A program made the translations under genes and the position numbers. Positions 19,913 through 30,723 of a stretch of DNA of 64,000 nucleotides are shown here, one piece after another. Each line of letters opens with the position of its first letter. Position 1 is the stretch's first letter. The notes beneath the pieces were generated by a model, which worked only from the letters and a program-made list of their open reading frames with translations, made no database searches and was not told the origin of the DNA. Source of the stretch: Candidatus Falkowbacteria bacterium RIFOXYC2_FULL_36_12. GTDB lineage: Bacteria; Patescibacteriota; Patescibacteriia; UBA11705. Location of the stretch: contig MFGJ01000001.1 in assembly GCA_001778235.1 (NCBI GenBank), forward strand, positions 5,152 to 69,151, in the 5' to 3' direction.

Positions 19913-22450
19913 ATGCCGAGAAAAAAAGTAGAAACAAAAAAGAAAAACAATAAGACAAGAAAAACCAGTACAAAAGCAATGAAAGTTACTAGGGCAGAAA
20001 GAAAAGAGCTTGAGAAAACTGCTTTGTGTTTTGGTATTTCAGAAAAAGACATGGCGGATATTTTGGCAAACAGCACGATTAAAGAACAACATGAATTAAT
20101 AAAAGAATTAACAGATCAATTGCCAAGAGACGAAGCAATTGTTACTTCAAAAGATCCAAAGTGTAATAATATTGTGGTCCAAAATGTACGGAGCCGACAT
20201 GAACACTCACCTTTTGTTTTGAATCTGAAGAAAATGGCCCAAGAAAGAGAAGAAAAAATAAAGCGAAAACAATTTGTGGTTGAACGACTAAGAAAATTTT
20301 CCCATCCGATTGAGGCGTCAACAAGAATAATTCAAGATAAAGCTGAAAAATATACGCCTTCTAAAAATATTGTTACTGCTAAGCCTGACAACAAAAAAGC
20401 CAAGAGACAAAAACCAACAAAATTTATCAGCGACCAATTTAACAAAGGACCATTGCTACGATTACCAGCATTGTGGATGAAACCAGCCTTGGCTTTTGCA
20501 ATTGTGGCTGTGCTGGTAATTTTGCCGATCAAAGGATTTACATATGTAAATGATTTGATTGATAGCAAGGATAAAGTAGTAGCAGCATCAGAACAAGCCT
20601 TGGACGACCTAAAAACCGCCGGTCAATCTTTGTCAGAAAAAGATATTCTTTCTGCCAGTGAAAAATTTGCCAAAGCGGAAATCAATTTTGAATCTGCATC
20701 AGATGAATTGAAAAATGTTAACTCATACTTGGTGGCAGCAATAAAGATCGTACCAAAAGCTGGAAAATATTTCACGGACGCAGAAAGATTAACCGAAGCC
20801 GGAATGCAATCGGCTGAATTAGGTCAAGAAATGACTACAATTTTTGATAAGTTTTATTTACAAGAAAACACTCTAACTCTGACTGATAAAATAGTGACAC
20901 TAAAAGATGAATTGAATACTTCTTTACTACCAAAACTGCAGTCAATCACTACACTTCTGGCTCAAGTAGACCCAAAAATCCTGCCAGAAGAAAAGCAAGC
21001 TCAATTTATTGCGGTTCAAGACAACATTAGCTCAATCAACAAAGATATTGAAGAACTGGTAAGTTTCAGTAATGATCTAGTTGAAATACTCGGACAAAAT
21101 TACAAGAGACGATATTTATTTATATTTCAAAATAATAATGAACTCCGAGCAACTGGTGGATTTATGGGGAGTATGGCACTGGTTGATATTTATAATGGCA
21201 AGATACAAAATATTGAAATTCCGGGGGGTGGAACTTATGATTCAAAGGGGAGTTTGTTGAAACAGGTAAAATCACCAGATCCATTACATTTAATTAATGC
21301 AAAATGGGAACTCCAAGATGCTAATTGGTTTGCTGACTTCCCAACAACGGCGAAAAAAATTCAATGGTTTTATGAAAATTCTGACGGACCATCAGTTGAC
21401 GGTGTGATAGCAATCAATGCAACTTTACTGGAGAAAATATTAGAGAGTACACAACCAATTGCCATGCCAGAATATGGAAAAACAATTACCCCTGACAATT
21501 TTATTGCTGAAACCCAAAAATCAGTCGAGGTTGAATACGACAAAATTGAAAATAAACCTAAGCAGTTTATCGCTGATCTAGCACCAAAACTTCTGGAGCA
21601 AGTTTTCAATTCACAGCAAACTGATTTAGTCACGCTAGTAACCACACTGAAAAATGGCTTGAAAGAAAAAGAAATCCAACTTTATTTCAACAATGAAAAC
21701 TGGCAACAACGAATCAAGAACTATGATTGGTCTGGTGAAGTTAAATCAACTTCAAATGATTATTTATCAATCATTAATTCTAATATTGCTGGCGGGAAAA
21801 CTGATTTATTTATCGAGCAAACAATTGATCATACTTCTGAAATCCAGCCAGATGGGACAATTGTTGATTCAATCATTATAAAAAGAAAACACAATGGCGA
21901 CCAGCTTGATCCATTTTCAGGCGTAAGAAATGTAGACTATATGCGGGTATATGTTCCAGCAGGTAGCCAATTTATTTCAGCTGATGGCTTTGACCAACCG
22001 CCAGTACAATTATTTAAATCAGCTGAAGATTATTACCAAGATGATACATTATTAAACACATTAGAACAAAATAAAATGGTTGATCCTGAAACAGGAACAA
22101 TTATATATACTGAAAATGACAAGGCAGTATTCGGCAATTGGACGCAAACAGACCCAGGAGAAGAATCTATAATTAGCCTAAAATATAAACTGCCTTTCAA
22201 GATTGAACAGACAAATAGTAATTGGATTGGTGATTTGTTTTCAAAAGAAACATCAAAAGATTTTTATTCAATTTTTTATCAAAAACAGTCTGGTGCAATA
22301 AACACAAAAATAAATTCAAAAATCATTTTACCGAATAAACTAAAAGCTATTTGGTCTTATTCTGAAGATGAATTTAGTCCAATTAGCACTGAACAAAACT
22401 TTGAGCTTGAGAGCGACAAGATGAATGGCATTATAATTCAAGCACAGTAA
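19913..22450 (+). CDS. DUF4012 domain membrane-anchored protein
   Basis: FQNNNELRATGGFMGS, DANWFADFP, VDGVIA and GGKTD motifs. Confidence 0.85.
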   Translation: MPRKKVETKKKNNKTRKTSTKAMKVTRAERKELEKTALCFGISEKDMADILANSTIKEQHELIKELTDQLPRDEAIVTSKDPKCNNIVVQNVRSRHEHSPFVLNLKKMAQEREEKIKRKQFVVERLRKFSHPIEASTRIIQDKAEKYTPSKNIVTAKPDNKKAKRQKPTKFISDQFNKGPLLRLPALWMKPALAFAIVAVLVILPIKGFTYVNDLIDSKDKVVAASEQALDDLKTAGQSLSEKDILSASEKFAKAEINFESASDELKNVNSYLVAAIKIVPKAGKYFTDAERLTEAGMQSAELGQEMTTIFDKFYLQENTLTLTDKIVTLKDELNTSLLPKLQSITTLLAQVDPKILPEEKQAQFIAVQDNISSINKDIEELVSFSNDLVEILGQNYKRRYLFIFQNNNELRATGGFMGSMALVDIYNGKIQNIEIPGGGTYDSKGSLLKQVKSPDPLHLINAKWELQDANWFADFPTTAKKIQWFYENSDGPSVDGVIAINATLLEKILESTQPIAMPEYGKTITPDNFIAETQKSVEVEYDKIENKPKQFIADLAPKLLEQVFNSQQTDLVTLVTTLKNGLKEKEIQLYFNNENWQQRIKNYDWSGEVKSTSNDYLSIINSNIAGGKTDLFIEQTIDHTSEIQPDGTIVDSIIIKRKHNGDQLDPFSGVRNVDYMRVYVPAGSQFISADGFDQPPVQLFKSAEDYYQDDTLLNTLEQNKMVDPETGTIIYTENDKAVFGNWTQTDPGEESIISLKYKLPFKIEQTNSNWIGDLFSKETSKDFYSIFYQKQSGAINTKINSKIILPNKLKAIWSYSEDEFSPISTEQNFELESDKMNGIIIQAQ

Positions 22451-22452
22451 TT

Positions 22453-24450
22453 ATGAGCAAGAGAAAAAAAAACAAGCATTTTTATAAAAGAAATTCAATT
22501 ACTGAAAAAACAAAAAATACTGGCGGAGCACCAACAGAATCAGGTTTTGATGAGACAAAAAAAGAAGGGGGAAAAAATCCTTTGGACTCCCTACACGAAA
22601 TTTTTGAAGAAAAAAAATCAGCTGAAGAAACATCTAATAAAAAAAATTCAAAGGACAAGGGTGAAAATAATATTTTAGCCCAGATAGTCAAGGAAGAAAG
22701 AAAAAAAAGAAAAGGCCGAATTGTTTTATTCGCCTCTATTTTTTTGTCTGTCTGCGCGCTGGCAACTGCATTTGGATTTGTCTATTTCAACACAATAAAT
22801 CCTTTTACCCAAGAGAAGATTGAAATGGCAATAAAGGGACCGGAAAAAGCTAAAATGGGCGAAGAGATTGATTATAAAATAATATATTTGAATTCAGGTA
22901 AAGTTGATATAAATAATGCAAAAATAATTTTATCAGAACCAAGTGGATTCCAATTAACCAGTTCAGCGCCGGAAATAGATGGTCATAGTTTTCATCTTGG
23001 TGACATAAAAAAAGGTGAAAAAGGCTATGTAGAACTGTCTGGGACTTTAATCGACTCACCTGAACAAGTTCAGACTCTGAAAGCAACTCTGATTTTTACA
23101 CCAAGTAATTTTTCTGCTGAATTTAGTATCAAGAGTGAACTTAGTATAGTGATTGAACCTCTTGATCTTGGTTTAGTTTTCAATACATTGCCAAACGCAG
23201 CGACCAATGAGGTGTTACAATTTGATATTGAATATAAAAATAATGAACTTTTTCCTATTGAAAATATAAAATTAAAATTTGTTGCACCTGAAACATTTAG
23301 TCTTGAGTCTACAACACCTGAATTCACTACCCCAGATGAAAAAGAATGGTCTTTGGGAAAACTGGATCCTGGCGATGAAGGTAAGATTGTAATAAAAGGA
23401 AAATTTACGGGCGAAAATCTTCAAGACAAAGAACCTCAAGAATTAAAAGTTCAACTACTTTTAATCAACAAGGAAGAACAAAATTATCAACAACAAGAAT
23501 TGATTCAACAAATACAGATTGTTGAACAGGCTATCAGCACAACACTGATAATTAATGGTTCCAATGAAGACCAAAATATCAATTACACTGATAATCTCCA
23601 ATTCACAGTCAATTATAAAAACAATGGTAAGGAAGAGTATAATAATCTTGCATTGTCAGTAATTATTGAGTCTGAACCGATTGAACTGTTGGACTGGGAG
23701 AAACTTGATGATGAGCTTTATGGCAGAGTAGAAAAAACAGACAAGGGTAAAAAGATAACATGGACTGGAAACCAAATTGATAATTTGGAAACTCTAGGAG
23801 CTGGAGAAAAAAACTCATTAAACTTCTCTTTGCCTCTCCGAGATTTGGAGATATTTACCTATAATGACCTTACAAAGGCAAAGCTAGTAATCTATTCACA
23901 AATAAATATTTCTGATACAAATAGAGCTTACCCAAACATTGAAAGCAATAAAATAACTTTGATGTTAAATTCTAATACAAATCTGCAAACAGAAGCGCGC
24001 TATTACTACACTGACGGCACCCCGATTGGGTCAGGTTCAATCCCTCCAAAATCAAATCAAGAAACAGAATATGTAATTTTTTGGGAGTTGAATAATGATT
24101 TACATGAAATTGAAAATATTACTATATCAACGACTTTACCTGACAAAGTTGAATGGCTAGATAAATATACATTAAATGTGGGAGAAATGTTCTATGCAGA
24201 TAATAATAGGGAAATTACTTGGACTTTAAATAGACTGCCTGTATCGGCTGAAAATCCAACTATAAACTTTCGCATTAAGCTCACTCCCGACACTAATGAT
24301 GTTGGTAAATTGATGAAATTATTAAACAATATAACTCTTAGAGCAACTGACACTGAAACTGGAGATATAATCAGTGAAACTTATGGAATTGTTTCGACCA
24401 ATCTTGAGAGTGATGAATTTGCAGTCGGTAAAGGAATTGTTACAGAATAA
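22453..24450 (+). CDS. Large membrane-anchored protein with repeated beta-sandwich (DUF11-like) domains
   Basis: Charged N-terminus, a single TM helix and repeated Y.I.Y.N...W.LG.L.PG patterns. Confidence 0.7.
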   Translation: MSKRKKNKHFYKRNSITEKTKNTGGAPTESGFDETKKEGGKNPLDSLHEIFEEKKSAEETSNKKNSKDKGENNILAQIVKEERKKRKGRIVLFASIFLSVCALATAFGFVYFNTINPFTQEKIEMAIKGPEKAKMGEEIDYKIIYLNSGKVDINNAKIILSEPSGFQLTSSAPEIDGHSFHLGDIKKGEKGYVELSGTLIDSPEQVQTLKATLIFTPSNFSAEFSIKSELSIVIEPLDLGLVFNTLPNAATNEVLQFDIEYKNNELFPIENIKLKFVAPETFSLESTTPEFTTPDEKEWSLGKLDPGDEGKIVIKGKFTGENLQDKEPQELKVQLLLINKEEQNYQQQELIQQIQIVEQAISTTLIINGSNEDQNINYTDNLQFTVNYKNNGKEEYNNLALSVIIESEPIELLDWEKLDDELYGRVEKTDKGKKITWTGNQIDNLETLGAGEKNSLNFSLPLRDLEIFTYNDLTKAKLVIYSQINISDTNRAYPNIESNKITLMLNSNTNLQTEARYYYTDGTPIGSGSIPPKSNQETEYVIFWELNNDLHEIENITISTTLPDKVEWLDKYTLNVGEMFYADNNREITWTLNRLPVSAENPTINFRIKLTPDTNDVGKLMKLLNNITLRATDTETGDIISETYGIVSTNLESDEFAVGKGIVTE

Positions 24451-24461
24451 ATTTTTTATAA

Positions 24462-24490
24462 CAAAACAGAGGACGCTGATCCTCTTTTTT
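24462..24490. terminator. Bidirectional intrinsic terminator
   Basis: caaaacagagga-cgctga-tcctctttttt. Confidence 0.7.
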
Positions 24491-24625
24491 GTATTCTGCG
24501 AGAACATGGTCTCATCCGTAGTCCTCAAGATGTTTTTCTATTCCTTGACAAGCTTCTCCCTCCTCTCCAGGTTCTTTGAGTGGTAGACATACCCGATAAG
24601 GTATTTGTCACTATAATGACTTGGT

Positions 24626-24654
24626 ATTATAACAAACCAATTTAGTTTTGTCAA
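24626..24654 (-). promoter_or_regulatory. Perfect sigma70 promoter driving a short minus-strand transcript
   Basis: Minus strand TTGACA (24654-24649), 17 nt, TATAAT (24631-24626). Confidence 0.7.
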
Positions 24655-24842
24655 TAGCGATAAACAACATCTAGCAGTAGTTATTTTTGCCTAATTTTAG
24701 CTACTTATTCTGATTTTACTGCCTTCCCTAATTAATTTATGTCAACACCTATTGACATAAACCATTATCTATGATATACTTTTTTATAATCAACAGATAG
24801 ATTTCCACCCCAATCCGGCCAAAACCGGGGAAGAGAGGAATT

Positions 24843-25049
24843 GTGAGTCAGCGGAGCAATGCCATTTTTCAAATGAGAAAAGAATTGATGATTAGGATTG
24901 TTCTGATGGCGATGCTCCAGAAAATTCTTCAAAGCGGTTTAGGGGATCAAGGCGGATTGTGTGATAGCAATAACAACCGTCATTCAGGTTTACAGATGGG
25001 TGTTTGTGGCCTTACAGATATCGTTCCCGGCATTTATCTGCAGATGTAG
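24843..25049 (+). CDS. Small hypothetical protein
   Basis: GTG start with a purine-rich SD and upstream TTGACA...TATACT promoter; no recognisable domain. Confidence 0.35.
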   Translation: MSQRSNAIFQMRKELMIRIVLMAMLQKILQSGLGDQGGLCDSNNNRHSGLQMGVCGLTDIVPGIYLQM

Positions 25050-25075
25050 AGTCGCTCTAACAAGATCGTCTCTTT

Positions 25076-25822
25076 TTAATTTGCTAAATTCCAAAGCATT
25101 TTATAAATTTCTCTAAAGCTCAAATTTATTATGCTGTCTTCAATTAAAACTGCTCGCGGTTTCCCCTTTAAGCTATTTATCCATAAAAAATTATCAAAAA
25201 GTGCAATCTCAACCTCTAAATTCATTTTTGTTTTCGGTATATATTTAGACTTAAATTGTTTATATTGTTTAGAAAAGTTAGTAATCTCTGGGATTGGAGA
25301 ATCAGACACTTGTATATGTTTATACTCTTGAATTTTTTTGATTAGTTTTGTATACACCTCTTCTTTTTCACTTGTTAATTCAAAATGCTTCGACACTGGT
25401 GCAATCGCAAAAAAATATTTATGAGTCGTTTTTACCAAATCATCTCTGAATGAATTTATTGCATCTTCACCCTCATAATAGCGAACACCAGGTCTATCTT
25501 TTTGTGCATTAAATATAGCTTCAAGACTTGGAAGTATTTTGTTAAATTCATTTTCCTTGAAAATGATTTCTGATTTTTCTCTTTCAATCAGTTTTTTTAC
25601 CTTTGATGGCTTTTCAGCAATAAAATAGGTTTTCTTGTCCATTGATACCTGTGACACCAGACCTCTATTTTTTAGCAAATCCAGCTGGACATAGGTTGTT
25701 GCCCTATTTACGCCTGCTTTAGTTGAAATTTGCTGGACCGTTGACTGCGCCAACTCCAAGGCAGCGAGGTAAACCTTGCCCTCTTTTTCACTTAATCCGA
25801 ATTCTTGTAATTCTTTTAACAT
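25076..25822 (-). CDS. TrmB-family transcriptional regulator
   Basis: GLSEKEGKVYLAALEL...AGVNRATTY...GLV winged-HTH. Confidence 0.88.
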   Translation of the reverse strand: MLKELQEFGLSEKEGKVYLAALELAQSTVQQISTKAGVNRATTYVQLDLLKNRGLVSQVSMDKKTYFIAEKPSKVKKLIEREKSEIIFKENEFNKILPSLEAIFNAQKDRPGVRYYEGEDAINSFRDDLVKTTHKYFFAIAPVSKHFELTSEKEEVYTKLIKKIQEYKHIQVSDSPIPEITNFSKQYKQFKSKYIPKTKMNLEVEIALFDNFLWINSLKGKPRAVLIEDSIINLSFREIYKMLWNLAN

Positions 25823-26586
25823 AAATTATCTATCGGTTCAGCTTCCTGCCATAAAATTTCAAACAATATTTTCATTGATGTGGCAAAAAACTTATCCTTA
25901 AAAATTATAATTTCTTTGTCTCTTAGAATAGTAACGACCTTCTGAGCAATCAAAAATTCACATGGAATATTGTACTTAACAAACGGTAAATATTTTATAA
26001 AAACCTTATCATTTTCCGTATTAAGTTTTTGTAGAAATTTATTTACTTGCTTTACCCTCGCAATTACAATCCCTTTATAAAGCTTAGTTGATTCTAAAAG
26101 TTTTTCTGCGTATGCCTTGTCTTTTTCATTCACTCTATCAATCTGTTTCAATTCTTCCCTATTGAATATACTGTAAATGAAGTCTGAGCGCATTGAGACC
26201 AAAAAATCACGGGCCATTTCAATATCCTTCAAATCATACTTACAAACACTGATTTTTTCTTCTTCAACACTATAGAGTGATTCAAGCTCTGGCATAATCA
26301 AATCCAATGTTAGTTTCCTGCGACGAATCTCCTGTTCCTGCGTCTGCCAGATATGACGCAATTTTTCAGGTTTTTCTGCTACCAGATAGGCTTTGCCATT
26401 TTTCTCTTCAGTCTTTATCAACCCTCGCGTAATCAGATTCCTGATGTGAGTATAAGCTGTTGTCCGGTTAATTTCAGCTTTTTCAGCAATCTTTTGGACA
26501 CTACAAAAGCCTAACTGCAGAGCGGCGAGATAGACTTCAGCTTCTTTTTCTGACAGACCTAACTGTAATAGATGATTTACTACCAT
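25816..26586 (-). CDS. TrmB-family transcriptional regulator
   Basis: GLSEKEAEVYLAALQLG...INRTTAY...RGLI. Confidence 0.88.
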   Translation of the reverse strand: MVVNHLLQLGLSEKEAEVYLAALQLGFCSVQKIAEKAEINRTTAYTHIRNLITRGLIKTEEKNGKAYLVAEKPEKLRHIWQTQEQEIRRRKLTLDLIMPELESLYSVEEEKISVCKYDLKDIEMARDFLVSMRSDFIYSIFNREELKQIDRVNEKDKAYAEKLLESTKLYKGIVIARVKQVNKFLQKLNTENDKVFIKYLPFVKYNIPCEFLIAQKVVTILRDKEIIIFKDKFFATSMKILFEILWQEAEPIDNLC

Positions 26587-26744
26587 ATCTTATAGTACAA
26601 TTATAACATTTTGAAAGATAAAAAAAAGAGCACGGCCAAGTGCACTCTTTTTATCATTAATATGTATATGCAGGGGTCAACCAAATCTCTTACCTAGCAA
26701 GTATATCAATTTTGTCAACCAGTGTAAATGATTTTATACACATC

Positions 26745-29126
26745 CTAGACTACAATACTTAACATTTTACCAGAAACAAATATAAATTTTTTCGGTTTGC
26801 TGATAAGATACTTCTGCAATTTTTCATCTGACATAACCAACTTTTTGATTTCTTCTTCAGTAATATCTGGCGAAACAATCAGTCTTTGGCGGACCTTGCC
26901 GTTGATCATGATTGGCATTTCGATTGTCGATATTTTTATTTTATTTTTATCAAACTTTGGCCACTTTTCTTGACAGACATATTGCTTATTGCCATATTTC
27001 TGATTCAATTCTTCAGCTAGGTGTGGAGCAAAAGGAGACAAAAGAATTAAAAATGTTTTAAAAGTATCTTGGCTACATCCTGTGATAATTATTTCATTAA
27101 CGAATTCCATCAAACTTGAAACCGCAGTATTGAAGTGCATTTGATCAATGTCTTTTGTGACTTTGTGAATTGTTTGCTGGAGTGAAGAAATAATTTTTTC
27201 AGAATCTTTAGCAACAAAATTCTCAAATTTCCAAACTTTATCCAAAAACCTTTTAACGCCCTTAATACCATTTGTATCCCAAATAACCGCTTGATCATAC
27301 GGACCAATGAACATCTCGTAGACACGAAGAACATCTGCGCCATATTCTGTAACTATAACATCTGGATTGATAACATTTCCACGAGATTTTGACATTTTTT
27401 CACCATCGGGAGCTAATATCATTCCATGAGAAACGCGAGATTGATATGGTTCAGAAGTTGGGACGACTCCTATGTCGTAAAGAAACTTATTCCAAAATCT
27501 TGAATAGAGTAAATGCAATGTTGTGTGCTCCATTCCCCCATTGTATAAATCAACTGGCATCCAATATTTTAATTTATCTTGGTCAGCAAACGATTGGTCA
27601 TTTTTCGGGTCAATATAGCGGAGGAAATACCAAGAACTACCAGCCCAATTCGGCATAGTATCAGTTTCCCGCTTAGCTGGACCAGAACATTTTGGACAAG
27701 TTGTATTCACCCAGTCGGAAATATCAGCTAGCGGTGATTCACCTGTGTCTGTTGGTTCATATTTTTCCACCATTGGTAGGGCAACAGGCAATTGATCTTC
27801 TGGAACAGGGATTTCACCACATTTTTCACAAAAAACAATCGGGATTGGTTCGCCCCAATAATGTTGACGAGAAAAAATCCAATCTCGAAGCTTATAATTC
27901 TTGGCTGACTTACCAATTCCATTGTCTTCCAGCCATTTGTTTATAGCTTCAATAGCCTTTTCAACTTCAAGTCCATTGAGAAAATCTGAATTTATTAATT
28001 TTCCGTCACCAATGTATGCTTTGGCTAATATTCCCTGCTCCGACTGTATTACTTCTTTTATATCCAATTTAAATTTCTTGGCGAATTCAAAATCCCTTTC
28101 ATCATGAGCTGGGACAGCCATAATTGCACCTGTGCCATAAGTTGACAGAACATAATCAGCGATCCAAATTGGAAGTAATTCTTTGTTCACAGGATTTACA
28201 GCATAAGAGCCAGTCCAGACACCGGTTTTTTCTTTGGCCAATTCTGTGCGCTCAAGATCACTCTTGGTGCGAGTCAGTTTTTGATAGGCTAAAACAGCTT
28301 TTCGTTGTTTGTCGGTTGTAAGTGCTTCAACCAGTTCATGTTCTGGAGACAAAACCATGTAGGTTGTCCCAAATATAGTATCTGGCCTAGTAGTATAAAC
28401 ACGGATTTTCTCATTGGAATTATCAACTAAAAAATCTATTTCCGCGCCATAACTGCGACCAATCCAATTGATTTGCGAAGTTTTTATTTTATCAAGATAA
28501 TCAACTGTCTCTAGATCTTCAATCAAACGATCAGCGTACTGTGTAATCTTCAAGAGCCATTGATTCAAATTTTTCCGTTCGGCAACATGACCGCACCGTT
28601 CGCATTTAGCATCAACGACTTCCTCATTGGCTAATCCAATCTTGCATGAAGGACACCAATTGATGGGCATGGCTTTTTTGTAAGCTAATCCTTTTTTATA
28701 TAATTGCAGGAATATCCACTGGGTCCATTTATAATATTCTGGCTCGGTGGTATTAATTTCCCTAGACCAATCAAAAGAAATTCCCAAGCTTTGAATTTGT
28801 TTTTTAAATATTGCAATGTTCTGCCTTGTAGCGTCAGCTGGATGAATACCAGTTTTTATAGCATAATTTTCAGTTGGTAAACCAAAAGCATCCCAGCCAA
28901 TCGGATATAAAACATTTTTACCAACTAGACGCTTGTGCCGAGCAATGACATCCAGGGCTGTGTGGCTCCGGACATGTCCAACATGAAGTCCATCACCAGA
29001 TGGATAAGGAAATTCAATCAAACAATAATATTTTTCTCTGGTTGAATTATCTTCAGACTGAAAAGTCTGCTCATCGCGCCAGATTTTCTGCCATTTTTTT
29101 TCTGTTTTTTTGAAGTTGTACTTCAT
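26745..29126 (-). CDS. leuS: Leucine--tRNA ligase
   Basis: FPYPSG.GLHVGH, NWIGRS, GTGAIMAVPAHDERD and KMSKS motifs; likely start at MKYNFKK. Confidence 0.97.
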   Translation of the reverse strand: MKYNFKKTEKKWQKIWRDEQTFQSEDNSTREKYYCLIEFPYPSGDGLHVGHVRSHTALDVIARHKRLVGKNVLYPIGWDAFGLPTENYAIKTGIHPADATRQNIAIFKKQIQSLGISFDWSREINTTEPEYYKWTQWIFLQLYKKGLAYKKAMPINWCPSCKIGLANEEVVDAKCERCGHVAERKNLNQWLLKITQYADRLIEDLETVDYLDKIKTSQINWIGRSYGAEIDFLVDNSNEKIRVYTTRPDTIFGTTYMVLSPEHELVEALTTDKQRKAVLAYQKLTRTKSDLERTELAKEKTGVWTGSYAVNPVNKELLPIWIADYVLSTYGTGAIMAVPAHDERDFEFAKKFKLDIKEVIQSEQGILAKAYIGDGKLINSDFLNGLEVEKAIEAINKWLEDNGIGKSAKNYKLRDWIFSRQHYWGEPIPIVFCEKCGEIPVPEDQLPVALPMVEKYEPTDTGESPLADISDWVNTTCPKCSGPAKRETDTMPNWAGSSWYFLRYIDPKNDQSFADQDKLKYWMPVDLYNGGMEHTTLHLLYSRFWNKFLYDIGVVPTSEPYQSRVSHGMILAPDGEKMSKSRGNVINPDVIVTEYGADVLRVYEMFIGPYDQAVIWDTNGIKGVKRFLDKVWKFENFVAKDSEKIISSLQQTIHKVTKDIDQMHFNTAVSSLMEFVNEIIITGCSQDTFKTFLILLSPFAPHLAEELNQKYGNKQYVCQEKWPKFDKNKIKISTIEMPIMINGKVRQRLIVSPDITEEEIKKLVMSDEKLQKYLISKPKKFIFVSGKMLSIVV

Positions 29127-29291
29127 ATTACGAATATACAAATACTACGAACATTACAAATACTAAAAAATGCGTAGATTAGTAAAGATTGGTTATTAGT
29201 AATCTATTGCCATTTTATCCTAAATACTGTCTTTTTTCAAGTTTAACAAAAAACAGAGGTGTTACTCTGCTTATTTTGATAAATGATAAGT

Positions 29292-29612
29292 TTATTTACG
29301 AACAATTCTTATTTCAATTAAAATCAAATCACAACCTGTGCACCTACAAAGAAGGCAAAGAACTGAACCATTGATCGGAAGCTTAGATAAAGCACTATTT
29401 AGCCTGGTCAAAATAGACTGAACGAATCCGATAAATTGTAGGTCGCTATAATCAACCAGCGGTGACAATTCACGCAGAAAACTACGCAAAGGAAACTCTT
29501 CAGAAATTTGCTTTAATCCCTGATGACGGAAAAAACGATATAAGCTCAAAATGTATCCAGTCAAATTAGACACCAGACGCAGTCTGACTCTGTCTTCTGC
29601 TTGATTATCCAT
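29292..29612 (-). CDS. Hypothetical protein
   Basis: AAGGAG SD before ATG (MDNQAED); own promoter. Confidence 0.55.
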   Translation of the reverse strand: MDNQAEDRVRLRLVSNLTGYILSLYRFFRHQGLKQISEEFPLRSFLRELSPLVDYSDLQFIGFVQSILTRLNSALSKLPINGSVLCLLCRCTGCDLILIEIRIVRK

Positions 29613-29674
29613 CGGGGCTCCTTTCCAGGTAAGATAGAATCTTATCAAAAAAGTTTTTTTCCGTCAATGATTTA

Positions 29675-30283
29675 TTAGAGAAGTTTATTTTTTAATGGTT
29701 TAAAACTGGTACGGTGAATCGGACATAAACCTAATTGATTAATTTTTTCTAAATGCATAGCAGTACCATAACCTTTGTGAAGATCAAAGCCATAATTTGG
29801 ATAAACCTTGGCAAATGAATCCATAATTCTATCGTGGATGACTTTGGCAATTATTGAGGCGGCGGCAATGGAAAGAATATTGGCATCACCTTTTTTGAAT
29901 GATTCAAAAGGAGTTTCAAAATATACTCCAGGCATATGGTCAATCAGAATATAATCAGGTTGGACATGGAGAAAGGTCCAAGCTCGCTTCATGGCTATTT
30001 TGTTGGCAAAGCCAAGACCGTGTTTGTCAATTTCTGTATTATGAACAACCCCAACAGACCAAGAGATAACATTGTCACGAACTATGTCAAAAAAGTATTC
30101 CCGTTTAGCACTTGTAAGACTCTTTGATTCTTTTAATTCACTAAGGGGATTTAAATTTTGAGGATCTAAAATTACGGCTGCAGCAACTAAAGGCCCGGCA
30201 AGCGGTCCACGCCCAGCCTCATCTATACCACAAATGTTTTGAAACCCTTGGTCCAATAATTTTTGTTCGAGAGAATAATTCAT
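29675..30283 (-). CDS. rnhB: Ribonuclease HII
   Basis: GIDEAGRGPLAGP, SIAAASIIAKV, HKGYGT and HRTSF motifs. Confidence 0.95.
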   Translation of the reverse strand: MNYSLEQKLLDQGFQNICGIDEAGRGPLAGPLVAAAVILDPQNLNPLSELKESKSLTSAKREYFFDIVRDNVISWSVGVVHNTEIDKHGLGFANKIAMKRAWTFLHVQPDYILIDHMPGVYFETPFESFKKGDANILSIAAASIIAKVIHDRIMDSFAKVYPNYGFDLHKGYGTAMHLEKINQLGLCPIHRTSFKPLKNKLL

Positions 30284-30378
30284 ACTATAATCAAGATTAA
30301 CAAAAATTTTGAATATTAACAATTTTATTAAATTTTATCAGACTAAAAAACTCCGCTGATGCGGAGTTTTTGAAGTGA

Positions 30379-30639
30379 TTAAGCTGAAAGATGAGCACTT
30401 AATAATTTTGTCATTTCAAACATTGATACTTCTTTTTTGCCACCAAAAACTTTTAATAGTTTTTCGTCAGCTAAAATGTTTCTTTTGTTCTGTGGATTTT
30501 GAAGATCATTCTTCTTGATATACTCCCAAATCTTTTTTACAACTTGAGATCTTGGCAATGGGCCTTTTCCAACTACTGCTTCTAAATCAGCTGAGAGCTT
30601 ATAAGGCTTCATCAAAGCTGGATTTACTTTTCTTGGCAT
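30379..30639 (-). CDS. SWIB/MDM2 domain protein
   Basis: LPRSQVVKKIWEYIKKNDLQNPQNKRNILADEKL. Confidence 0.9.
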   Translation of the reverse strand: MPRKVNPALMKPYKLSADLEAVVGKGPLPRSQVVKKIWEYIKKNDLQNPQNKRNILADEKLLKVFGGKKEVSMFEMTKLLSAHLSA

Positions 30640-30723
30640 AATTATAAAATTAATTTATTAGTTGCTTTTTCTAAGACCTTTTGTTTGAGTATAGCAAACT
30701 TTCACTTAGGACGCAACTAGATT

